A stretch of DNA of 63,939 nt, counting the filler, from Dirinaria sp. TL-2023a (lineage: Eukaryota): NCBI GenBank assembly GCA_051941275.1. It is 40 parts of 40 records of this genome, joined end to end, with 100 filler letters (N's around TTAATTAATTAA, not from the genome) between each part and the next. Parts side by side here need not be neighbours in the genome. Positions count along the whole stretch, not along the records: positions 1 to 1,530 come from JAVEBF010002675.1; positions 1,631 to 3,160 come from JAVEBF010002676.1; positions 3,261 to 4,789 come from JAVEBF010002677.1; positions 4,890 to 6,412 come from JAVEBF010002678.1; positions 6,513 to 8,034 come from JAVEBF010002679.1; positions 8,135 to 9,656 come from JAVEBF010002680.1; positions 9,757 to 11,277 come from JAVEBF010002681.1; 33 more parts are not named here. One strand, written 5' to 3'. The notes beneath the pieces are model-generated. The model made no database searches, was not told the origin of the DNA, and worked only from the letters and a program-made list of their open reading frames with translations. Positions 1-11,377 of this stretch are shown here, piece by piece. Within the stretch, counting starts at the first letter, position 1, and each line of letters starts with the position of its first letter. A program made the translations under genes and the position numbers.

Positions 1-1057
1 GTCGTAGACTGCGGCTCCGTTCTCTGCCCAGGCTGGGAGGCTTGCAAATATTCAATAGCTACTCTTCGGTCTGCCTTAGCACACTCAAGGTGCACTTTTG
101 CTGCAGCTTCCAGTGCGGCGGAAAGGTGTTGCATTGTCGAATCCCCGTCCACACTGTGTCGTGAATGTTTTAGCTGATCAGCCACATCTTTTCTCCGGTA
201 AGCTTCCTCTGAAGAAAGGAAAGCGTCATAATTGGAGATGGGGTTGTACTTGAAACGCAGGAGATTTTCAATTAGCTTGGAGGAGAAAGTGAGCGAAAAG
301 AAGAGCACGCAAGCTCCTGTACCGACAATGAAGGTAATAAAGACGTTTCGACTATCGTCATGGCCGGCGCTTGTGTCCAATCCACGTGTCCACGTGAAGC
401 CTTGATAAATAGTAAGACTAATCAGGAGCGAGAAGATAGAGGCTTTCATCATGTTGAATGGAGCAGAAAGGATCACGATCGCGGCTAAAGAAGCCTTTCT
501 GTTGTGACCCACATCTTCTTTTTCCCATGGTAGTCTGGGAAGGCTCAACCAGTCCTTGATCAATTGAGGTTGATAGAGTCTTCCAGTAATCCTTTGCAGG
601 ACGCAACAATAGTAGACGGTAAGGCACCCAGAAGCGACAGCGAAGAGAAGGCATGCGCGAGCCACCCAGTGGGTAGAACTCAGACTTGGTAACGACAAAC
701 CAGTTATGGCAACTTGTGCGATAATAGCACCCTTGAAGCTCCATCAGAATCTTAAAATCGCAGCTCTATAGGCAGAGATTGACGCACCGCAACTGCGGTC
801 ATATTACACTCGTCTGTCACGGATTGCCGGAATGCCACCGTCTCTTCCTCACTGCCATTAAGAATAATTCTTTGGACTCGTTCATGGTATTTGGCTGTGT
901 CGGGGAGGAGGGCAGAGACGAACAAAGCAACCAAAGTGCCGTAGTTCTCTGACAAGGAAGCATACCTAAGACCGACGAGCTGCCTTGTTGCGGTAATTGC
1001 TGCAGAAGTTATGTCAATTATTGCGCTAATCACGCCAATTACTGTAATAGAGTCCAT
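1..1057 (-). CDS. Uncharacterised fungal multi-pass membrane protein, 3' end truncated, intron 732..787
   Basis: Exon 1 (MDSITVIG...CNMTAVA) is followed by a 56-nt GTGCGT..AAG intron. The frame then stays open (GAIIAQVAITGLSLPSLSSTHWVARACLLFAVASG...) with hydrophobic segments to the window edge. Confidence 0.75.
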
Positions 1058-1530
1058 TATGGCCTATATATACTAGTTCAATGGTGTTGTCTATTTCTAT
1101 AGGTAAGCAAGTCTTGAAAGCTGTTGCTGCTGTTGTTGAGAAGTGCATCGCCTAGCTGATCATCAGCTGCAGCAACATACGCGGCTGACAACGCTGGCAT
1201 CGGCGAGAGACAAGTGATAGGCTTATTGGCCGACATAAGCGCGATCAACGCCATAATGTGGCTAACTGAAGGTCACCTGGGGGACCCCTATCACCACCAC
1301 TTAGACGTACATTTTACTACCTGGGGCTTATTTAGCTCACCCGAAAGCAACCTGTAGAAGCACCGTCAGCTAAGTCTTGGCGCTTCTCGCGCTAGCCAGG
1401 ACTTTTGATATGCTTCTCCGTAAGTACGAGTATACATCTTTCTGGGTGACACGGGTAGTAAATTTTACTTCGAGAAAAATAGCAATACAAATATTGAATA
1501 TTGTATAGTGAAGTTAGAGAATGACACGAC

Positions 1531-1630
1531 NNNNNNNNNNNNNNNNNNNNNNNNNNNNNNNNNNNNNNNNNNNNTTAATTAATTAANNNNNNNNNNNNNN
1601 NNNNNNNNNNNNNNNNNNNNNNNNNNNNNN
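1531..1630. other. Artificial contig linker N44-TTAATTAATTAA-N44 (first of 39; last starts at 62373)
   Basis: The identical 100-nt spacer, with stops in all six frames, recurs about every 1.6 kb. Contig lengths fall from about 1530 to 1470 nt. Confidence 0.99.
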
Positions 1631-2401
1631 ACGAATTACGAGAAAAAACTAATATCTCTATGTATAGATTCGTTGAAAACGATCGAAAAGAAGAAAATTT
1701 CGACAAAAAGAAATCACAGTCTTATTATGAGACTATGTTTATGAAATTGAATTCTATCGAACGCAAGAAGAAAAATCTCAGAATTAAATAAGATAAAACT
1801 AACAAAACGTATTATTTATGTGACAAATCAGATCATTTCGCAAAAAATTGTCGAATTAGAAACGCGATACCTAGAGAATAATTGAACGTTACGTTACGAA
1901 AAACTCTATCTGATGATTGATATAACTGCGACGATAATGCAAACTCGATAGAAAATACAGAATCAATATTGAAAGAGAAGTATTATTATATGAAGAATCT
2001 CATAGTATTTTAACAAGTTCTAAACGAGACGATATCAGACAATGCATCTGTCTCGACTTAGAAGATTAATACGATTATCGAACGAGAGCAGAAAACGAAA
2101 TTCGACGATGAATTCGAATGAGATAATGACGTATTTCGAGAACTAAAAAACATTACATTCGACGAATAGACACAGATCGATATAATTGATGCGATTGAAC
2201 GAATGTTAAACAGCGATGCAATTCGAGAACGAGAGATTTCGAGACATACGAACATATCAGTGTTAAATCGAGAAAATGCGACGATAAAAAATTGATATGA
2301 TTATCGATTCTATTGTACTCATCACTGTTGAATACATCGATAGCGAGAATGCGATGAGATAGTAAATGATATAATTCACGAAACAATTGATGATATGAAA
2401 T
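1631..2401 (+). mobile_element. Mutated Ty3/Gypsy gag remnant with zinc knuckle
   Basis: MKLNS (degenerate PMELD-like motif) precedes YYLCDKSDHFAKNCR (decayed CX2CX4HX4C) at about 1810-1855. The region has many stops and is AT-rich. Confidence 0.75.
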
Positions 2402-2699
2402 TGTTAGGGCCTACACAGCGCTCAATGATATATGGGTACGAATAGACTAGGATACTATCTATGAAGAAGAAAAGGAAAAGAAAATCTAAATACAGGTAGA
2501 TTTAAATGTGGGATCGGAACAATATCGATTCGAGAACGCTAAATCTAATCAGACAAAAACACAACACCTTTAGAAAAATATTTGATATAGACCTTTTCAC
2601 ACACATGTGATATTCAGGGACTCTGCTTCAGAGTTCAGAGCTCATGCAATCATGTGACTCAATTATGTGATCAGACTCATAGAGATCTGATTCATGACA
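2402..2699 (-). mobile_element. LTR family A (298 bp), 3' LTR of a minus-strand Gypsy element
   Basis: TG..CA termini. A polypurine tract (GAAGGGGAAGAGTAA on the minus strand) lies immediately adjacent at about 2700-2714. It matches 60559..60802 in reverse orientation. Confidence 0.9.
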
Positions 2700-3160
2700 T
2701 TACTCTTCCCCTTCAATAAACAACGTCTCTGTTGTAGCTGAAATAAGATTATTTCGTTTTAGATCTGATCATTATATTAGCAACAGCTTAATCGTGTGAG
2801 GGTTCGATGATGTTTTTGTATACGAATGTCTGTGAAATTGATTAGATAACAATCAAGATATTTAGCTTCTATGTGTGTCTAAGACTTCTGCGTTTGTTGA
2901 TCTCATTGTCGGTGTTTGATGCTTTGTTATTTGCGTCGTCAGACTTGTCAGGATATCGTGTGTGATAATCATTAGTCATATTCTTTGCATGCTCAAACTC
3001 ATCGTCATCAGTATTGTATCATGTTTTATCGCGATGCTTTTAATCAACTCATTGACATTGATATTGTAGACGTTCATAATGCAATCGTGAGTTTATCACA
3101 TCTGCAAGCTCTCATTCATCGTTTTTATCGATTATTATTTTATCGAGAGGTTCTTGAATC
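2700..3160 (-). mobile_element. Gypsy (chromovirus) integrase C-terminal chromodomain, mutated
   Basis: Minus-strand translation DE*ELADVINSRLHYERLQYQCQ*VD*KHRDKT*YNTDDDEFEHAKNMTNDYHTRYPDK fits a chromodomain with W->TGA changes, and is followed by PPT and LTR. Confidence 0.85.
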
Positions 3161-3260
3161 NNNNNNNNNNNNNNNNNNNNNNNNNNNNNNNNNNNNNNNN
3201 NNNNTTAATTAATTAANNNNNNNNNNNNNNNNNNNNNNNNNNNNNNNNNNNNNNNNNNNN

Positions 3261-3453
3261 CTAGCGTCGCTTGACAGTCGAGAGTGTTCAGAGATAATTC
3301 TTCGAGGTCTGAAGCATGACTAGCGTCGTCTAGAAGTCAGCGTCGAAAGATTGAATCTCGAGATTAACTAAAAGTCAGTGAGCGATTGACGTTTATAAAG
3401 CATTGTGTCTACGAGCGCTCGTGACTCGTCAGCGCGAGACTCGTCATGATGAG
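3261..3453 (+). mobile_element. Heavily mutated partial copy of LTR family B
   Basis: Aligns without gaps to about 3499-3691, differing only by C->T/G->A transitions. Confidence 0.9.
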
Positions 3454-3865
3454 TGTAACAGTGATATCTGATACATTGATATATATTGACCAATGCAGAC
3501 TAGCGCCGCTTGGCAGCCGGGGGTGCCCAGAGGCAATCCTTCGGGGTCTGAAGCATGGCTAGCGCCGTCTAGAAGCCAGCGTCGAAAGATTGAATCCCGA
3601 GACTAACTAGGAGTCAGTGAGCGATTGACGCTTATAGAGCATTGTGTCTACGAGCGCTCGTGACTCGCCAGCGCGGGGCTCGTCACGGTGAGGCAATGTT
3701 AACGCTCGCGGTTAAGTATAGAGGATCACTCACCCTTTCGAGGGGGGTCCTTAGTGATTAGTTCTAGCAGGAACTACAGTATCAGATAGCCATATAATCT
3801 ATTACACTGCCACGTCTTTCACACAAGTACTGCGCCGACGGGTAACCGACGCATACGACCTTACA
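3454..3865 (+). mobile_element. LTR family B (412 bp)
   Basis: TGTAA...TTACA termini. A full-length homologue is at 44538..44949. Confidence 0.9.
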
Positions 3866-3911
3866 TAGAGATCTGACTCGAGATCTGAGTAATCGAAACT
3901 CGAGAGTTTTG

Positions 3912-4401
3912 TGTTACGACCCTGGAACATCTAAGTAGTAAGATAGGCATTAAGTCTCTTGACTTGGTTTAGTTAGTCTTTTGACGCTGCCGGGACTTTT
4001 ATCATTGGGAAATCTATCTAACCAAGGTTGGGTCTTTGACATTAAATCAAGTCAACACGGTCGCAAGATTCTGAGTTCGATTCCCAGCTCGAACGCTTGA
4101 AGGGTTTTCGGGTTTCGGCGAGAACTTGTGACTGAGAGCTTATCTAAGCTCGAGGCGACTACTGTTCCCTGTTAACAACACTTTAGACTCTCTCTGAAAC
4201 CCCGCGCGTCATGACTCGCTCTGATTAGTCTTGCTCACCGCGGGACGCGGTTTCTCTAGAGAGAGAGGTAGTGTTACGACCCTGAAACATCTAAGTAGTA
4301 AGATAGGCATCAAGTCTCTTGACTTGATTTAGTTAGTCTTTTGGCGCTGCCGGGACTTTTACCATTGAGAAACCTATCTAACCAAGGTTGGGTCTTTGAC
4401 A
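3912..4401 (+). mobile_element. TRIM-like mini LTR retrotransposon (130-bp LTRs at 3912..4041 and 4272..4401; 230-bp non-coding interior)
   Basis: Two direct TG..CA repeats, with a purine tract AGAGAGAGAGGTAG before the 3' LTR. The same LTR occurs at 18017..18146, 43961..44090 and partially at 4402..4443. Confidence 0.9.
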
Positions 4402-4443
4402 ATGCCTATCTTACTACTTGGTTTTGTTTCCAGGGTCGTAACA

Positions 4444-4789
4444 AACTATAGAGATTTAAATAAAGTCATCATCAAAAATCGTCACTCTTTTTCTTTGATC
4501 ACTGAAACTCTGAATCGTCTCTGCGAGTTTAAATGTTTTTCTAAAATTGATCTCAGAGATATTTATCATCGAATTCGAATTAGAAAAAACGACGAGTGAA
4601 AAACGATTTTTCGTACACGTTACGATCATTTTGAGTATTTGATTATGTCATTTGATTTGATCAATGTCTCGACAATCTTTCAATCCTATATTAATAAGGC
4701 TTTAGTCGAGCTAGTGAATCGTTTCTGTATTGTATATCTGAATGATATTCTTATATTTTCTAAATCTCGCGAGTAGAACGTTCTGCACG
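4444..4789 (+). mobile_element. Ty3/Gypsy reverse transcriptase fragment, mutated
   Basis: NYRDLNKVIIKNRH...[38 protein letters not shown]...YLNDILIFS (decayed YLDD motif). Confidence 0.95.
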
Positions 4790-5063
4790 NNNNNNNNNNN
4801 NNNNNNNNNNNNNNNNNNNNNNNNNNNNNNNNNTTAATTAATTAANNNNNNNNNNNNNNNNNNNNNNNNNNNNNNNNNNNNNNNNNNNNTTTTTTTTTTT
4901 TTTTTTTTTTTTTCTGATTCTTTGATATGAAGGTATTCCGATAAATTTTTTCACTTTGCTGAAAATCTCCGTATCCTGATTCTCTACCTCTTCGACCCAT
5001 CATCAATTATATACATATGGTACAATATCCCACCTTGCGTCCACATGGTCGAAGATCGAGTCG

Positions 5064-5327
5064 TCAAGTGCTACCGCCGGCTGCCACATAGGCAGTGTCC
5101 ACGCCAGAGGGGTCATAGCTGACGACATTGCCTTGTGCGTCGGTCATCGCGGGTTCGTTGACAGCTGAATAGGTAATGATCAGCCTTTGTTTACACACAC
5201 GCTTGCCGTCCAGAGAAAAGTCGAAAGACATACCTGGTGCTTGGGGACCTCTTGGATGGAGCCTTGGCTGGTACGCAGCGGCAAAAGCGAGCAGGAGGGA
5301 GAGGGAGGCAATAGTGGAGAATTGCAT
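5064..5327 (-). CDS. Small secreted protein (about 64 aa after removing in-frame intron 5165..5233)
   Basis: Signal peptide MQFSTIASLSLLLAFAAA. A 69-nt GTATGT..CTGAT..CAG intron gives ...PRGPQAPAVNEPAMTDAQGNVVSYDPSGVDTAYVAAGGST*. Confidence 0.8.
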   Translation of the reverse strand: MQFSTIASLSLLLAFAAAYQPRLHPRGPQAPGMSFDFSLDGKRVCKQRLIITYSAVNEPAMTDAQGNVVSYDPSGVDTAYVAAGGST

Positions 5328-8300
5328 TCTGGAGACAGCTTGGAATTTGTGGGGGGACGGCTTCGAATCGGTCGTGCAAATTTATGAAGGAGTGTAAAGA
5401 GTCGGCCAGCGACGAGGTTACTGAAGTGAATGTGGTTGAGAGAGAGGAATAGGGAAATTGAACAAGCTTGGGATACCGGGAGAAGAGAAGCCAGTGTTGA
5501 GGGTTGAAGAAGAGTCTCTATATTGCCAAGCGAAGGCTCCTGAGCATGAGAGTAATAGGAATAGCATGGTGTCCGCATTATTCATGCGTTTGAGCAACAT
5601 AGATCCAGACTCTGCTCAATAATAATAATGTGACACGAGATGGTGTAAGATTGGGTATCTGGATCATGCGCTGTCAGGGAAAAGATTACGAGGTTGAGAC
5701 GGCAGTTTTCAAAAGGCCTTCGAATAACAATGCGCCATCTAGCAGAGAAAGACAAGAAGATCAGAGCATGATCAAATTCGAAACCTTAGCTTGGGTAGAG
5801 ATATAAGGTAAGATAGTACGTCAAAATCCTGAGACATGGAAAACCATCGGGCCGTCACTAAATGCCAAAAGCAGCTTCATGCGTCATGCTCCGACCCAAG
5901 GGAGAGAAATGGCGGATAAGGGCCAATGAGGTAAAAGGAGCATCAGGGCAAGTACTGTCGTATCTCAAGGCGAGACTGGTGTAACAGGCACAGATCATAT
6001 AAGTCACTTAGAGCGACTTTTGAGGTAAGGTACCTTACTTCAGGTTGTAAGGTAAGTCCAGAGCATTTCCCCTGTGTGGGTTGAAGGTGACAGGGCTAAT
6101 GCTGGGTTAGTCAGCGTCGATCATTGCCCCAGTGCAGCATTTGCAGGCGACGCTGGGAGGCAGGTCAGATAAAGATCTGGGGTCGAGCGAAGGTCTGGGT
6201 TGTCCTTCCGTTAAGGTACCTTAGGTAAGGAAAGGCAAAGTAAGGTAAGGCCAGATGAAGGGAGGCTTGTGATACCTCGCCTTGCCCTCTTTTCGTCATC
6301 CATTTCTCTCCTAGCTTCCCTTCACCCTCTCGTATGTCTTCTCCCTCTCCCAGCTTCGGATAGCTGCTGGACATCTGGAGCCTTGGGGAAATCTCTCCAG
6401 CCTTCTTACTACNNNNNNNNNNNNNNNNNNNNNNNNNNNNNNNNNNNNNNNNNNNNTTAATTAATTAANNNNNNNNNNNNNNNNNNNNNNNNNNNNNNNN
6501 NNNNNNNNNNNNTGCTTGGATTTTAGGTACACTGCTGATGAGGAACGCGAACTTCTTTTTTCTGCTTTTTTGTGGGGAGGAGGCTGCTTTTTTCTCTCTT
6601 TTTCGTCATTGATATCCAGCATCAAGCTAAACCTTAAAGAAAAAATAAATAAGTCATTAAAATCGTCCCACTTCCTACTCGCGCACATAACATTCTAAAT
6701 AGATAAACAGATCATTATATACCCCATCAAAATCAACCTCAGACATGCATCACCTGAGACAACACAAAGAAAACGAATAAATCGAGCATATGTATCTTTC
6801 TCTTAGTCAGGGAATAAAGTGCCCTGTGCTACCTATCCATCCATCTCATCTGGAGGAGGAGGAGTCGTCTCGGGATCGCGATGTCTAGAAGAATTCTGAG
6901 GATTTGGGTTGTGGGAAGGGGGGGGGGTTTGGTTTAGGATATGGGGTTTATAATGCATGAAGATGGGAGACGATTCAGCATTCCTTCTTCTGCTCGGCAA
7001 AGTCAGTATCGAGACCTCTCTATCTACTTCAGGAACTATAAGGACGGATAAGGGATTTGCTTTAAGGCAGGAGAGGGATCTTATACGGCGAAACAAAATG
7101 CTGTACAGCAGCACTCCGTGCGATCGGCAAGATACCTTTCCTGACTCTAGCACGTATAATAAACATATATACTCCATACAGCGAACCTGGTGTGTAAATA
7201 GTCAGGCGCTCCCGTTCCCAGGGTTAGGTTCGCTGCCTCCAAAAAAAAAAAAGACATCTTTAACTGAAGAGAAAGTGCCTAACATACGAAATGTCTCTCC
7301 CAGGGAAGCCTTCCGTCCACTTCGATCATTACTTTAATTCCGTTACTACTAGGCCAACTACCATTTTATAAACACGCTTGGTTCGGGAATTATTTATTTT
7401 CTGCTTCTTGTTTTTGGAGAGATTGGATGTATGTATGCCATCTATTGTTCGGTGAAGGGGATTTAGGTTTTAGGTTCGTTTTCTTGACTTGAAGTTTTTA
7501 ATTCGTTTGATGGAAGCTTGAATGTGTGCTTCGATCATATTACATTTTACGAAGTGATATATATCAGTAAAACTTGATGAGGGGTGCGTTGAGTGTATGA
7601 CATCCTCCCTCTCTTAAAAGGATGGACTGGGGTAGGCAAGATTTCCCCCTTTTTTTTATTTTTTTTTAATTTTTAAATCTAAACCCGATTAATGGGAGAA
7701 GAAGAATCTGCTATATCTCTACAGTAGCAGATATCAAGTTTTCTGACATCCCCTTATGAAGTTTCTCAGTTCGAAGGTAGATCCCTTAAATACGCTATTA
7801 AATTAAGTGGTTCAAGAGGAACATTTTTTTTAAAAGGGGGGTAGGCGGGAAAGGGAAAGAAGGTAAGCCGGAAGGGAGGATTATAATGAGATGAGTGATT
7901 GAGCTGGGTTTGAAGGAATTTACTGAGGTATGGCGGAGAAGATAAGAGGAGGGATTGAGGAACGCGTGGGGGGACTGATTGATATCGCTTCGCGGCTCTG
8001 GCAATGTCAATTGCATCCCAGGATTTGGACGAACNNNNNNNNNNNNNNNNNNNNNNNNNNNNNNNNNNNNNNNNNNNNTTAATTAATTAANNNNNNNNNN
8101 NNNNNNNNNNNNNNNNNNNNNNNNNNNNNNNNNNGTTTCGGTCGAGCCGTTGCAAATGCACAACACCCGTTCGAGCCACTTCACCGAGGAGCGGCTCGCA
8201 GCCATTCCGTAATTACGGAGTTGCTGATCAAGGCGACGGCGAATCCAATAATCATGTCCAATGAACCTGATACCACTGGCATGCATGAGCAGTTTTCTGC

Positions 8301-8723
8301 GGGTCCATGTTAGAGGTGATAGTCCGCTAATTCAAGCAGTGTGCAATGTGCACCATGCCGTACGCTATGCCAGCTTCTGTGCTGTTTATCATGGGACGTA
8401 CGACCCAAAGGATCGACATAGTGGAAGAAGGATCGGTCGGGAAAAAAGCTGTAAGTATTTCACCATTTTGAACAATACAACCCTCCGAGGTATGATTTCA
8501 TGGTCGTTATTTTGTGCTTCACGGAAGTATCAAATGAGCTCTTATCACATTGAGTTCTGGCGAGATTGAAGTAACCCTAATTGGAATAGCATTATTCAGT
8601 GCTCCTTTCTGTACCTTCTATCTACCGTCTCATGCGGAATGCTGGGCTCCTGTGATAAACCCTCTTTCACGAATTTCTGAGACCATGCGTCCTAGCGACT
8701 TGCCTTAGGATAGCTTGAATAAT

Positions 8724-9608
8724 TTATATATTGGCTCCGGAAGTCTGATTGATAGACACTGTCTTCAAAATCTGTTGCCTTCGCTCTACATTCACGCCGT
8801 CGGAAGACTGTTGACTGTTCTGTTGCTGCGATTCAATGTCTGTGAACGTTGATGGCAGCTGAGAGAAAGCGAGATCATCCATCTCTACATACTTCTTCCT
8901 CGAGATCGATGTTGAAGCGGCTCTGATGGCGTACGGTGGCCCGGATTTAGCCTCCGTGCTGTTGCGAAAGAGTCGAGGTATAACAGGCAAACAGCAAACT
9001 AACAGGCCGCTAGATACTTCCGCCGTCCTAATGAAACGTCAGCAGATTTTCCATTGAGCGCTCGACTTTGTTTGACGGACGCCCATAGCGACACTGGTAG
9101 TAACGCATAAGTAATGTCTAGTGAATCCACAGATCGAATACTCTCGACTGAGCGCATAACACTGGAGATGCAGGCGCTATGACGCATTAGCAATCATAAA
9201 GAGAGAAATTTGAACTAAGAATTACAAAAGCCCGGTCGCGAATACCAGAGAAATGCCAACTTTCTTTCGTGTGGAGGTCTTCAATTTCCATATCCAGAAA
9301 AGAGGTAATGTCAAGATGGTGAAATCGTCACAAACGTTGATCACAGCTGTTGCAATGAAGGTCTTCGAGATATTGATACATTTTCCGGAAAGTGTAGGAG
9401 TCCAGATTTTGGCTCGCGGCACGCATTGAAATATCTCAAGAAAGAATAGAATCGTGAAAAAGACCGCGTTCAGTCCGATCAATGTCAAAAGAGTATACCA
9501 TCGATAGTTGTGTTTCACAGGAACAAATAGTTGAAGTATCTGAAGTAAAATGGAGACTTTGGTGAACAGGATTGAAGGCATGTACACGATTTGTTGAATG
9601 TTGATAAT
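8724..9608 (-). CDS. Pth11-like (fungal rhodopsin-domain) integral membrane protein, 5' truncated, multi-exon
   Basis: FTKVSILLQILQLF...IFQCVPRAKIW...GKCIN...INVCDDFTILTLPLFWIWKL..RKKVGISLVFATGL, intron, ACISSVMR... matches the family pattern. Confidence 0.9.
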
Positions 9609-10349
9609 CTAACTTGTCGTCAACTTCAGGTGCACATGCAGCACTGTTCTTCAGACNNNNNNNNNNNNNNNNNNNNNNNNNNNNNNNNNNNNNNNNNNNN
9701 TTAATTAATTAANNNNNNNNNNNNNNNNNNNNNNNNNNNNNNNNNNNNNNNNNNNNTGAACGGCATGATGACGTTTGGCTCAGACGAATTTTCCTATGGA
9801 GATTCAAAGACCAAGAGAGGTCCGACGAGGAAGAGCGGAAATGCGGTCAACGGCACCCCCATGAACAGGCAATCGAGGCTGTTTTGAACCTAATCAGAAG
9901 TTATATTAGCAATTCGAACATGTCTGGAAGATGAAGCGCCGCACATGACGGCTGAAAACTCGCCATGCTAAGAGTTTTCGCGACTCACTCAAAGCGTCAG
10001 CCTTAATTTTTAGGCAACAGCCGCCGATGCATATAGCAGGTGATCGATCAAGGGCAAACGTCAATGGCAGAAGGCTTCCGTGCGAAGAGCTGGCTCTAAC
10101 GACATCGTTTGAGCGCCTGGAATAATGGCAGTGGCAGCACGTGAAGGAGAGTGCTCTTACTGCAACCCAGATCCCGTGGTCCTCGGATCCTCTATCTAAG
10201 CCCGCAGAGCCTCAGAAGGGCCACGCGGTGCTGAGTAGTTGGGAGAGTCGCAGGCAGTGCAGGACGAGGGGGACTCGGTGAGAGGGGTATTGCAGGCATC
10301 CAGGCTTTGCCGACCTCCAACCCAAGTCTAGCTAGATAAGGCTAGTCTA

Positions 10350-11277
10350 TGACGAAGATATGCCAAGACATATACTTTAATCAATGCAAGGAAAAATTTT
10401 GCTCAAAAAACGCTATTTTTGAAATAACTCAGCAACGAAACGTGCAATTGACCTCATTAACGCGTCATTCGAATCGCCTGACTATTACGCATCGACCTGT
10501 GTGCGATAGTCACGATGAGGAGACCGGAGCGACCGTCAATGAGGCAGCAGAAGCTATTAGATATACGCGAGCATGGCACAATGCTGCTTGTTAATACGAA
10601 AACCATGCAGGCCAGAGCGAAGAAAGAGAGTGTATCACAGCCAGCGATAAAGACATGACTCGACGAGATAGTAGAATATCTGAAGCGAGCGAAAAGTCTC
10701 ATAATGCAGTCAGAAGCAATGAAAATCATCAATCGATTGATCATCAAGATAGAACGCAGTCACGAGAGACTTGAGAAAAACACAACGATCATACGCAGTC
10801 AAATAGCAGAAATTGCAGCATTATCTATCACATTCTCATCGACGACGCTCACAATTCTCAGAACGTAAGCTGCAGTGACGACGAACGCGACAACGACGTC
10901 GTCGACATCTAAACTCTTCATCAACAAAAACACAGAGATTATAGTTCGTCTAAACGATAACAATGCGAAACAGAAACTTAAAAATTAATACGCGCAGCAA
11001 ATTATCAATAACGTCAACGCGATTATTGAAAAAAACGATCTCACAGCAAAGAGCATTAGAGTAATTAAAAAAATACTCAGTGACGATATCGTCATTTACA
11101 TGATCGATAAAAAAGAAGCAACGAAACTTAGAAACAACGATGCATAGACGAAAGTCTTTAACAGCAAAACAAAAACAGTGATATAAACGTACGCGATGGT
11201 GATTCACGAGATAGAAATTGAGGAATAAAATCTAAAGACGCAGACATCAAGAGAGACAGTAATGAAGACGATACAGA
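10350..11277 (+). mobile_element. Tad1-like LINE 5' region/ORF1, mutated
   Basis: T*AAVTT...EIIVRLND...IRVIKKILSDDIVIY..KKEATKLRNNDA*TKVF...TYAMVIHEI resembles fungal LINE ORF1 (WAAVA, LPSGDI, WTKVLG, YGVVVHG). The 5' boundary is approximate. Confidence 0.75.
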
Positions 11278-11377
11278 NNNNNNNNNNNNNNNNNNNNNNN
11301 NNNNNNNNNNNNNNNNNNNNNTTAATTAATTAANNNNNNNNNNNNNNNNNNNNNNNNNNNNNNNNNNNNNNNNNNNN

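Noticed and set aside
4060..4095. Stand-alone tRNA gene
   Set aside because: Only a T-arm-like hairpin is present and no full cloverleaf can be folded. It is treated as part of the TRIM.
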